A stretch of DNA of 64,000 nucleotides from the human T2T-CHM13v2.0 reference genome, Homo sapiens, in the NCBI RefSeq assembly GCF_009914755.1, contig NC_060933.1, one strand, 5' to 3'. The stretch's first letter is position 1, and each line of letters starts with the position of its first letter. The notes under the pieces were generated by a model. That model had not been told where the DNA came from. It searched no databases and saw only the letters and a program-made list of their open reading frames with translations. Positions 28,701 through 40,379 of the stretch are shown here, piece by piece. Position numbers and translations under genes: made by a program.

Positions 28701-30016
28701 GAAAAATCACAATGTGGTGCATAGCGTTGTGACAAGAAATGCAATTCCATTCCACAAGACATTCTTAAAACTCTTTCAAAAATACCTACCGGGCAGTGAA
28801 AAAGTGCTTTGAATACTTGCATTATAGCTATCACCTGTTTGGTTTGCTTTTACATGAATAAGAAACCTTGGCCAATCTATAATCAAGCATACACATAGTC
28901 CAGATTCTTTTTCATCACTGACATACTACAGAAAGAAGGAACTCGGGCTGGGGAACCACAGTACAAATAAATTTCTGTTTAAATTGATTTATATATTTCA
29001 CATATTTAGTACCAGCACCATACTCAATATCCAGGGAATATATAGAAATCTTAGACTTTAAATGAAATATTTCTGTCCATCTAAACTAATATAAAACACA
29101 TGTTCTTCTTTTTCCAATACTTAAGTGAGCTGTCTGAGATTGTGCAAAGCCATCCTGTGATCCCAAGGGTGATGCCCTGTTTATAAACCCTGAGGGTTTC
29201 TGTGAGGTGTGAAATTGTTGTGAAACCATTTAAGAATCGTATTATTCAAAAATAGTAAATTTTGCCAAGAAACAGAGAGAGTTCCAGGATGGATGCTGTG
29301 AAAGGCAGAGGCGAGGAAGAAAGAGACATCAGGCCCACTTCCCTCAGCACCAAAGGCTTCCCTGCTCTTTCTCCTCATATCTCTCTACAAAATTACCTCT
29401 TAAAATTAGTTAGGATCCTGTGAGATTCTGCTCCTGTGTATCCCCTGGGTGATTTTATGCCGACTATAAATCATTAGCTAGTCTCTCAACCCTGGAAGGT
29501 ACAGAGCGCAGGCATGTGGATGCATGCCGAAACACTTTTACTAGCCAAGTTGCTAAGTGGTGAGTTCCTTTTCAAATATCAAAACCACTCTTCTCTCCAT
29601 CCCAATTCTAGCCCGGTTATTGGAGGGAAGAAAAAGTCACTGCATATTTGCTTTGGAAAAGAACTAAAGCTTGCTGATGTGCAATCTGTGTCCTTCTGCT
29701 CTTGCACATCCATACACATTAAGGAAATTCAAAGTTGGTACCTGGCTGGCATCTCCTTTCCAAGATTTTACAGAGTGTGGCAGACTGATCACCTGCTGGG
29801 ATGGATCGTGTACCTTTGCAGAAGGAAATATAGCAATGGAGAGCCACTAACCATGAAAGAAATCTTCCCCTTCCTCAAGCTGAAGGGGAACCCCATCTCA
29901 TGGATACCTAGACCCCCACGCATGCAAACTCCATGGGCCGAGTTAGGAAAAAACACACGTATGCAAAGCAAGCCGGGCCTTCAAGAGAGGTCACCCCTTG
30001 CGCTTCGGAAACTCAC

Positions 30017-31130
30017 CGTACACTTGTTGGGCTTCTCCCCAGAGTGGACTCTCATGTGGATCAGCAGTTTATAGCGGGCGTTGAAGGGCTTGTATCTTCG
30101 AGGGCAACCGGCCCAGAAGCAAGTGAAGTCCTCCCCTTTGCGCTGGTCGATGTGGACCTTCTCGATGTGCCGCACGAGCTCCTCCTGCTGGTCGTACAGG
30201 GCGCTGCAGTCGATCCAGCGGCAGCAATGCTTGCCCCCGATGCCGTCCATCTCCCCGTCGTCGTCCAGGGTGGCCTGGGGCAAGGCCAGCTGCTGGGCGT
30301 GGGGCCCGAGCTCCGGGTGGTGAAGGTGCGCATGGGCATGGTAAGGGGGTGGGGGGCCTGGGGGCGGCGGCAGAGGAGGGAGCGGAGGCGCGGGGGGTAG
30401 GTCTACGGTGCTGCCCGGGAACTCCTCCAGGCGTTCGGTCTTGAACAGGCCGGCCGGCTGGCTGTCGGGGCCCGGCAGGCCATGCTGCACCACCATGTGG
30501 TTGACCAGGCCTGGCTGCAGGCCGCCGTGCTCCAGCTGTTGCATGCGCTCGTGCTCCAGGGCCCCGTCCTCGCCGTAGGCCGGCAGCGCCAGGCCTCCAG
30601 GGGCCACCAGCACGCCCTTCTGGCTGCCGGGCACCGGGCGCGGCTGGGGAATGCAGCTGCCGCGCACGCCCAGGAAATGCCCGTAGACCTCCGGCTGCGG
30701 GGACAGGTTGGCCGGCGAAGCCCTCGACCCGTTGATGTAGGCCACCAAGGACGTGGGCGACGTGCGGATGATGGTATTGAAATCTATCCCGATGCCATCG
30801 GACAGCGGGGACAAGGACAGCGCTCTCTTCTTGGAGCGGGCCGAGTGGGACCTGGTGGATGAGTGCCGAGGACTAGGGTAAGGAGAGTGGCTACTTTCCG
30901 TGCCAAAAAGGTAGGATGGTAATGAGTTAGAGACACTATTGCTGGACATGGATGTCCCGGGAGGAAGGCTAAGGAGATCCCCTAGATCAAGGCCATTCTG
31001 AGAGCCGTGGTTGGAGAGCGAAGGGAGGGCCCTGTAGCCCTGGGACCACTCCTGCTTCATGCTTGAGGCCGACTGACTTTCCGTCAGACTCAAGGTCGTG
31101 GACGCCAAAGACTCACGCGAAATAAGGGAC
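30017..31130 (-). CDS. GLIS3: GLIS3 large internal coding exon (exon 4, 1114 nt; residues ~199-570 of the long isoform): Ser-rich region, VYGHF motif, poly-Pro PPPY, ZF1, ZF2 and start of ZF3
   Basis: Translation matches GLIS3 (SLISRESLASTT...CRWIDC...HIEKVH...CFWAGC...HMRVHSGEKPNKCT). The acceptor is a T-rich tract plus gctgttccag|G at 31131/31130. The donor is ACG|GTGAGT at 30017/30016. Phase 2->0 is compatible with the upstream exon. Confidence 0.98.
30341..30352 (-). other. GLIS3: PPPY (PPxY) WW-domain ligand at the end of the poly-proline tract
   Basis: CCA CCC CCT TAC on the minus strand. Confidence 0.85.
30674..30688 (-). other. GLIS3: VYGHF motif (homologous to the GLI SYGH SUFU-binding motif)
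   Basis: GTC TAC GGG CAT TTC on the minus strand. Confidence 0.85.
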
Positions 31131-31494
31131 CTGGAACAGCAGCCAGAAAGGAAGAAAAAAAAAAGATAAACATTTTAGCAGGATACGGATTGCTTAAGAG
31201 CTAAAAGAACACTGCATTGACAATCCCTTAAGTATTTCCCCTAATTACATTCTGTGCTAAACACACATTCTTGGGCTAAGATAAAATCCAAGGCTTCCAG
31301 TTCCAGGTAAATAACATTTTACCAAGAAGAACAATAAAACCTAATGCTCACTGAAATAATGTAACAAAAGATCTATTGTTATAAATAATCTTAATACTTG
31401 AGTAATAAATAGTCCTTGCTTTATTTTTAAATAACTTTTTCAATATGGGGGAAAAAGGATAGAGACCTGGGAAAAATTACTGATACCTGTCAAA

Positions 31495-31620
31495 GCCAAC
31501 CAAATAAGTATTTGTTGAGCACCTACTATGTGCAGCATGTTATGACAGGCTTTGCAGAATCTCAGCCTTCAAGTAAAATCTATTTGGGAAAGTAACATAT
31601 AAACTCATGCTTTATTTGAA
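31495..31620 (-). mobile_element. L2 3' end fragment
   Basis: aagtatttgttgagcacctactatgtgcagc. Confidence 0.6.
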
Positions 31621-33868
31621 AAAAAGTAAATCCTCAAAGTCAAAGGGTTGTCCAGGGGACTTAATAATTTCACAATTTAGTTTCACTGATATTAAGGAAT
31701 TACTCTGATTTTTTTAAAGATAGTAATTCACATTGCCAGTAATTAGTTACATCAAATCACCCCAGAAAATGAAAACAATATAAAAAGCAGCTATAATATA
31801 TAAGGGAGTAACAAACTGATAACAAGTCATATCTGGAATTATGCATTAGAGCCATTCGGGATTTAATCACACTTGCTAGTTGGGTTTTCTGTGAACTCTC
31901 GTCCTTAAATCCAAGCAGCTTTGGGCCAAGAGCAGATCGTTCACTTTCTGTAATTGACTTTTGCAACAATTCCTCTCCTATTCTTCTTACCCTTTACAAA
32001 CACACCCTATGTCTCACAATATATTATCTGCATATCAAAATGGTTCATAATGTAGCTCTGGTCACTTTAAAATTCATTTTGCTTTACTGTGACATTGTTG
32101 CCTTGAAAATAAAAATCACTTCTTGATCTTTTGGCTAACTTTAAGTGTGAAAATAATTGAGAAGAAAAGATACGTCCCTTGGAAGGAAAATTTGCCACAG
32201 AGGCAAGACATAACACGCTGTATTTCTTGACTCAGACATGGTGTGTATCAGAAGAACCTGGCTTATTATATGTACCTGCATTGACTTTCTACTGAAGTCT
32301 TTTTTACTGACAAAAAATTAATCACAACAAAACGTTATATAAAACGTGTCTTCTCAAAATGAACACATTGTTTCCAGCTGTTAAACATCAACCTGTCTCA
32401 AAGGAACTGAGGTAAAAGAAGCATTTTCATCCCACCTGTTCATCTTACTCTGTTTCACAAAATGGAGGCCACAAACACCATTTCATACAAGCATATGATA
32501 TTAGCAAGAAAAACATCTCAGCTCCAAAATGCACAGTACAAGGTGATAACACCATCATCAACGAGATGTTACCATCGAGTGAAGTAATGTTTACCAAAGA
32601 CAAACACAGCAGGAATTTACATCCAGTTGCCCTTGACATAGATTTTCCTCTTGGTCCACATCCTTAAATTCGGGTTGTAGTCTTTTTGCAACCTCCACAG
32701 TGGTTCTGGAACCATCTAGTTTTTAATTCCCCACGGACACTTTTCAATTATTTTCCCAGCACACTTGCAGCATGTGGCTCTTCCTGCAGAGCTCAGCTGA
32801 AGGCTCCTGGTGATTGGATGTCAAGGGCCTTTTGGTCTCTTCCCCAGCAAGATCGAGGAATTGCTTTCGGACCCAAACTAAATTAGTAGTCCTATCGTAT
32901 ATGAGACAGAGACAACTGACTGCTTTACACCCGCAGGTTGAGAAGGTTCATAGAACATAAAGAACCAGAGCTTTGGCAGAGCTACATGCCTGAATGGATG
33001 CACATTCTCAGGTGCTACAATTGCCTGTCACTGTCATACTGGAGCATATTAGATTGTTAAGTCATGACTAACAGACAGAAGTATGTTATCCACCTATATA
33101 TACTTTGCTTATAAAATTGTATTATTTGGTTTCAGGGCAGCCTATAGTGAAACGTTCATTTGCTCCACTGTTGAGAGATGATTCTTATTTCTCTCAAATT
33201 ATACTTAAATATGGCTCAATCAAAATCTGCACATAAAGCCATGCAGGCACATTATATAACTTTTTGGGCATCTGAGTTTTCTAAGACAATTATATATTTT
33301 TCAGAAAGCAAATTCTATATTCTATTCATTAAAGTATTAATATGAACAGAGAACTCTCTTCTATCTCAAACACCTAATGAGAACAAAACTTCCCCAAATG
33401 GCCTTTGCCTAGCAGCCAGTCTTCCTCCTGTGTGATTACTCAGATCTTTTAATCTTTCAAAGCTCTAATCCATGACATCTCTCCCCAGTACACTAGCTCC
33501 CAGTGGAAGTTCTCTTCCCAAAGAAGTTATATACTGTCTGCAATGTGTCTTAAATGTAGTTAACTTCAGGCATCTGTGGGTGTTATATTCTTCAATAAAT
33601 TTCAAAGTCTTTTAACAGAAGGGATCATTTTTATCTTCCCAGTGCCTGCCAGAATGTAAGATACATACTAAGTACTCAAAAAACTGTTGATTAGGAAAGT
33701 AAATAAGTAATCAATATAGTGACAACAGAACATTATTTATGGCACTCACAAAGCATTTTCCCTATATATGATCTCATTTGATACAACCTGTCAGTTAAGT
33801 AAACTGGATTTTAAAAATAACTTCTATTTTACAAAGAATAAAACAGGGTTTGGGAAATTTCTCCCAGT

Positions 33869-33870
<2 letters not shown>

Positions 33871-33910
<40 letters not shown>
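33871..33910. repeat. (CA)20 microsatellite
   Basis: Perfect dinucleotide run. Confidence 0.97.
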
Positions 33911-33913
<3 letters not shown>

Positions 33914-35369
33914 CAAAGTTCTTAGAGAAATACAAGTGAAGCTGTGCTTGATAGGCAGTGACCTACTGGATCATACACATTCTCTATTGTTTTCTTTACA
34001 TTGTATCCCACATGTCACCCACAATGCTCTGCTTAATTGAAAGACCTGGTATAACAGGCTTAAAGTCACACAAGCTACGATGGGCACCCAAATTTTCTGT
34101 TCTTCCTGCAATAATATGTTGAATGAATGTGAATGGTTCCAAAGGATTCTGGCCTCTAACTCCTGCTGCTACCCACACGAGGCCCACAGCAAAGAAAGTG
34201 ACAGCTGTATCATTATTTGAGAGCAATCTCCATTTCCATATGCTCATCTGATCCTACTGATATTACTTCTGGTGATTGGTTAATTTGGAACTATATGTAA
34301 AAGGAAAGGAGATATATCTTGAACAAAATAAAACTAATAGGAAAACTCAGAAACCATCAGCAAAAATGATTAGGGTGGCTAGTTAACCAAGAACTCAGTA
34401 ACTTGTATGGGGCCATAAGAGCATGAGAGGCATGATGACCATGTTAGATGTTTGCTTCAATGTCAAGCTCAAAAGAAGTTCTAATACATCACATGGAGAA
34501 TTCCTCAAAAGAAAAAATATATTCCCTATATATGTAGATCATGAAAAAGACGGCCAGTCCTAGTCTATCTGGAAATTCGTGTCTATGTGCCTCAGCAAAT
34601 CCCCTAAAAGAATTAGTACTGTATCTAAAGACAGGATGGCTTTATAAACTGTTACAATTTACAGAGAGCCTGGAGTGCATCCTCAACCCCCTTAGCCTTC
34701 TCTGACCTTTGTGGATATACTCTCAAAGGAAACCATCACCAAGAATTTCTGATTTAGGAAATAAAAATCTAAATACAGTGCCTTTTTGGATCTGGAATGA
34801 CATTCGGTGATGGCTGAACTTTGTCACTGACAAGCTAAGCACTTGGACTTTCTGTGTCCTGGTTCCATCGGGTCTTAAACAGAAATATTTGCAGGTAGTT
34901 TATGAAAATTCAATCATAAAATGCAGGATTACAATGCATGTGAAAACACTAGAAAAGCTAAGTATGCTACCAAAGCCATGCAGGTGGCATCTGAGTAGAA
35001 TGTTTCTTCTACTACTCAATGTTTGTTAGACTGCTCTATGAAACTGCTGTATGATGTTACTGTATCAGCACCTCAGCCTTGTCATTTTAGGGGAAATATA
35101 TACAATGGCCTCTGTATTCGAGTTTTGGCAAGGCCTAAATCGAGAATGACTCCTGGATCTTCAAGACGGTAAGGTATAGTTTGCATTTATCATTAAGCAC
35201 AGGTAATCAGAAATGGTTGGGAAATTAATCTAGGCAAATATATAGCCTTAAGGCAGGATTCTTATTATTGGATTAAATAGAATCCAACAAAGGTAAGGAA
35301 AAAGAGCTTTTCCCCAAGATGAGCACACCCAAAAAACATACCCAAAGGAGGTCAAAAGAAAAAATACAA

Positions 35370-36110
35370 ACAGCCAATAAATCTATGAAACTTCATAGAT
35401 TTATTTATGAAAACTTTAATATTGTCAATAATTAAGAATGCAAATTAAGATAAAATAACATTTTACAGATCAAACTGGCAAAGTTTCTAAACTAGTAAAA
35501 GTTCTAAAAATAATAATACCTAGTAATGAATGCTGTATTAGAAAACAGGCACTCTCTTGGACTGCTGGTTAGTTTATAAATTGCTAGTGAGTTCCTGCAG
35601 TACAGTTTGAGAATATGTATAAAAAGCCTCAAAACTCTTTTAACACAACAAATTTTACTTTTAAGAATTTATTCTAATAATCAGAATTGTGCAACAAAAG
35701 ATGTACAGAGCTGATCCAATAAAGCATTATTTATAATTTTTAAAGAATGGGAAACAACTAAGTGCCAACTAACAAAAGACTAATTTTTAAAATTATAATT
35801 TTATTTATACACTTTCTTTATAAAGTGGAATCCTGGACAGGAAGAAGCCATTATATGATGTTGAAAGAGGCTTTTATTATAAAAGCTTATAATATATTAA
35901 CTGGAAAAAAGTAATTAAAAACTATGTAGATTACTAGATCAATTTAGTGGAAAGGAAAGCCTATGTTTATTGTATATGTTTGACTATAACTGGAAGGATG
36001 TATATCAAAATTCCACCCATGGTCGTCTCTGGGGACAGAATTCAGGATGACTGTCATTTAGTGCTTGGTACTTTTCCATGTTTTCCACATTTTCTACAGT
36101 GAATAAGAAT
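35370..36110 (+). mobile_element. Old L1ME-type 3' fragment
   Basis: aatgcaaattaa...agatcaaactggcaaag...ttttacttttaagaatttattct...gcattatttataat...gggaaacaactaagtgcc. Confidence 0.7.
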
Positions 36111-37882
36111 TACATCATCAGGAAAAACAATACATTTTGCAGCTTTTCATAGGGCAGCATCTCTCAAACTGGACAGTTCATGCCCCCTTTTCCACTTCCA
36201 TCCACTCCCAGCATGCCCCCAATGTATAAAACGCTAAGCTGATTCTCTCTCCATCTTCTCTTTATCTCCAGTAAAATGTTGAACTTTGCCTCTTATTGAA
36301 CTGTTGCCCCTTATTCTTTCTCTCCATTGATGAAATACACAAACCAAGGCTCACAAATAAATGCAACCTTTCCAAATTGCTAAAAGTAAGTTCCATATTT
36401 CACCAAGCAATTCCCAATTCCTGTTTCTTTGCTCATCCTGAAAAAAAAAATTCCATAGAAGGACTCAAATAATAAATACATAGTCAAAAACACTTGTCAG
36501 TGAATCGTTAAGGTGTTGTCTTTTAAGGTTATAAAATTATGCTAAGGAATCAAATATGCCAGAAAACAATGAGATAATGACCCCTCTCTGGCCGACCCAT
36601 AAAAGGGACTGCATAAGATACATGGTTTAAGCAGTCTGTGCCCTGACTACTGTCAGTTTCACCGTTAATTATACTTCTGCCTTCAAGGCATGGGCTGGAC
36701 TTGCCACAGAAAGGAAGCTGAAGGCTTCCCAATGACACCCACCCCATGAGCACAGTTCATTTTACATGCAGCACTCAGCAAGTCTGAGAAATCCCTTAAG
36801 GCATAATCATCAATGGGAAAATGACAGCAGCTTCCCATCACAAAAAGTCTCAGGTGAAAAACAAGTTTCTATCTCATGAAAAAATTGGCATAAATAAATG
36901 ATTCAGGAACTATGATTTCAGAGTCTCAAATAGTGACTAGGAGGGACAGCACAGAGATACAAGAGGGGAGAACAGGATTAGGAGGAAGGAAAGGAAGAAG
37001 ACACAAGACCTCAGAACTGCAAGGCACATAGCAGGTTACAGATCCTAAAGAAGAGGAAGCAGGGGCTTAGAGAGTAAAATTCCTTTGCAAGACCATAGTT
37101 ATGGCAGAACTAGGACTAAGGCAGAAACTGTGGATTGTGTTTTTCCAAGAAAATAACTTCTAGAAGATAAAATAATTTATTTCAAACATAGACACAGACC
37201 TCAAACACTGTACAGTATTTTGGCTTTATGCCCCCTCCCACCTAATATCAACCTTGAGGGAGATAAAGCTTTGTCTGAGGGGGTGATTTCCCTTTTCTAT
37301 TCAATTCCCTCCCTTGGAGATAGACACATGGCATTTATAGTACCTACTTACTATGGAACCTAATCGACATTGTGTTGAAATGTTATGTAACTCAAACACA
37401 AAAGTATGCCTTTCCAGACACATCATAAAGTCTTAAAATTTATGCTTTCTATCTTTACTCTCTCTACTAGGCCCCTAAACTTCAACTATTATATTATGCA
37501 GACAGTAGGAACTTAACAAATATTTAAGTAGATGGGTAGCTGGATGGATGCACAGATGGACAAGACAGATTGTTGAGCTGCCTGGAAACTCTGCATCATA
37601 TTCATAGAAAACCTGGCAGGTAAGATAGGTGTACATGGACCATGCAAATTTGCTAGGCCATGATATGATTGCTTCACCAGAAATTGACAAATTTACACAC
37701 CGTGTTTCAGTCACTGAGGCCCCACAATCTCAAATTAGGTATTCATGTCACTCACACCACAAGACAGTAGGTATTAAAGCATTCCTCCCAATTAAGATGA
37801 TAAGATGGCACATACTTAGTTTTAGACATATTCCCCTACAAACCTCAAATTGAGAGAGTTGCTTGAGTGTGTAAGTGTATGA

Positions 37883-37904
37883 GTGTGTGTGTGTGTGTGT
37901 GTGT
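37883..37904. repeat. (GT)11 microsatellite ((CA)11 in the pre-mRNA)
   Basis: Perfect run ~80 nt into intron 3. Confidence 0.95.
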
Positions 37905-37982
37905 ATTCAGAAAGAGAACGGAAAACACTTGTGGGGTGTGTTTATACCATAAAGAAAGGGGAAAAAAAAGTTAACTTGAGAC

Positions 37983-38190
37983 CTGGTATCTGAAGGAGGT
38001 ATATTCAGGTTGGCTGCATTCATTGCCCTCTGTAAGCTAGGACTGATCTGGTTGCATGCTGTAGAGACCTGGCTTGCTGGAGGTGAAATGAGTCCCAGTC
38101 GCTGAACCATCATGGGACTGCTGGTGACCACTAGATTGTTGCAGCTGCCTTTTCCAATGGACTTGCACTGAGGCCCAAAGCCAAGAGCCC
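37983..38190 (-). CDS. GLIS3: GLIS3 exon 3 (208 nt): GALGFGPQCKSIGKGSCNNLVVTSSPMMVQRLG...NIPPSDTR; contains short-isoform ATG at 38113-38111
   Basis: Acceptor ttgtttttag|GG at 38191/38190; donor CCAG|GTCTCA at 37983/37982. AG plus the first G of the next exon gives Arg and keeps the frame into exon 4. The peptide matches the GLIS3 N-terminal region. Confidence 0.97.
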
Positions 38191-40379
38191 CTAAAAACAA
38201 ATGAATCAGGTTAGCTTTCATGTCCCTTACATCAGAAATCAGTAAATACAGACATGTGCACGCTTATATCAGGACCCATCTTTAGAGACAGTCCTCAGAT
38301 CATTTTTTTTTTTAGTATTGGTGATAGCAAAAGGCTTTCTCCAATTCCAATGACAAAGCCATAACGCTATAATAGAAACCTTTCCATAATCAGCACTCAT
38401 ACAAAATGTGCTTAAATTTTACTCCTTCTATGTAGAAGTGTCCAGTTATATTAAAAATCATATTTTATAATATCCTTACCTAAAGGGTTAAGGTGGTAAG
38501 TAGATGGGATTGCCTGTATCAAACCAAGTTTTTTCCTAGAATAGCTAATATCTTGAATCACCCAGCAAGGAAAGTTGACACTACTGGAAAAAACCTGTTT
38601 AACTGGTTTACTTCATTCCAAATCTGTACTTCCAAAAAGTCCCTTCACAAGGATGTAGTCTGGCTGTGTCTCTCTACTCTTGATTTTTTTTCTCCTCATC
38701 TCAACACATTGTCATTGGACATCTACTCAATTTTTTTAAAATATCAGGATGAGAGAGTTGTAAACAAAATGCTCATTTGAAAAACAGCATGGTAACCAAA
38801 TTGGACATAGATTTTTCATTTTCATTAGTAACAATCTTTCAGTGTAGTAAAAGCTGGTACATACCCAAAGGGGAAAGAAAAAAAGGAACCCACAAGAATC
38901 TGTGTCGTTATGGAAAAGTGAAAAGCAAAGAGTTTGAGAAAGGCAAACACTGCCATGACTCATTTATAAAAAAATCATAATGAGCTGAATCATTCTAGAC
39001 ATTCTTTTTACATGGATGCACTTTTTCAAACTTTTTTTGTCAACTACCTGGTCAAGTCTCAGTAACTATACACTCTGTTCCCATTTCTAGCAAACAAAAA
39101 TATATACGATCTCAATCTTTAACAAATTAAGCTTTACATTGCAAATTTCCCATCTTTTTCATTGATATATTTGGGATCGAAGTAGGAAGAAAAGTGTCAC
39201 TGTCACTTTTCTTAGCTGTAGGGGTCATAATTTCCTATTTTGTTTTCCCCAAAATTAAATCAATAGCCCAAAAGTGCCTTTGTCATCTTTTGTAACATTC
39301 TTCCCAAGAGCCCCCCAAAACAATAGAACAAACAAGACATTGGAGCAGTCACTGTTTCCATCAGTGCAGCCCTATCTCAAAAATGCTGGGGGAGTCACAG
39401 CATCATTAGCTGCCAGGAATCCTGGTCTAGTGCAGACTTATGGGACACTAAAATCCAAGTGGTAATTGACCTGCACAAAATCACACAGGGATTTAAAGGG
39501 AGAACAGAAACTGATTCTACGAGAATGTATTTTTATGACACCTGTGTGCTTAAATTTAGGCTCTGATATGCCTAGTTTCTTCCTTGTACACTTTCCAAGA
39601 TCATTTGCTCCAAAAGAAATTTCTCTGATTTTCTTTCCCAGATACATAAACCAGAACCTCTCCTTGACCCCTCCCATTGCAGTTTATATCTGATCCATCT
39701 TCTTGTGCCTTAAAAGATCAGTTATAGATATTCTGTTTTCGTAACTCATAAAGCACTGTATTATCCGGGCTTCATCTTGACACCAAGAATAGTAGGTACA
39801 CTTTTATGTAACTGCATCATAAATTCAATATCTTTAAAAATCTCAATAAGCTACATGCATTAGCTTTTCATATTCCCTTTTTACCTTGAAAAAAAGGCAA
39901 TGTGATGGTTCATAGCCTAGTCCAGTATATAAGACTGAATGAATGAATTCTCTATATGAATTCTTTCCCCAGGTCCCATTGCTACTAGCCACTATTATTA
40001 AAAGCAACATCAATTATCAAGTATTCTGTCAAATTAATGTCATATATTTATCTAAGGAACTCAGTCATTCCATGCCTATTTCCTTTTCAGAAAAAAGGTA
40101 TTAATATCTATCTACCTCTAAAACAAAGATATAGCAGCTGGAACAGCATCCAAGAAATACTACTTGATGGCAAAACATACCAATAGATTATTTCATAAAA
40201 CTAAAATGGCACATATTGTAAGGTGTACCATTATTTTACGTACCAGTAAGAACATGAACTGCCAGTCCAACTAGTGCATGATGTCCAGATTTCAGAGATG
40301 TTGTAATGTAAAAACATGCACACCTTAGAGCCAATACAAACTAATGTGATCACTGAAACATTTATTTTAACCCTTATCT

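Larger units (their letters stand above)
30000..30900. promoter_or_regulatory. Intragenic CpG island coinciding with exon 4
   Basis: Abrupt rise in GC and CpG density (ccggccgg, cgcgc, gccgccg) against the AT-rich, CpG-depleted introns. Confidence 0.85.

Noticed and set aside
28031-30016. Intronic polyadenylation after exon 4 giving a VSFRSARGDLS-stop isoform
   Set aside because: Exon-4 donor is strong, and the nearest minus-strand AATAAA I saw is ~1.6 kb away in AT-rich DNA; unsupported without 3'-end data
29514-30862. Plus-strand ORFs of 186, 155, 80 and 126 aa overlapping exon 4
   Set aside because: Antisense shadow ORFs expected from GC-rich, stop-poor coding sequence; no recognisable domain
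29981-31108. 375-aa ORF as a stand-alone gene
   Set aside because: It is exon 4 read from a TTG and run 11 codons into the intron; clear splice sites define the true exon
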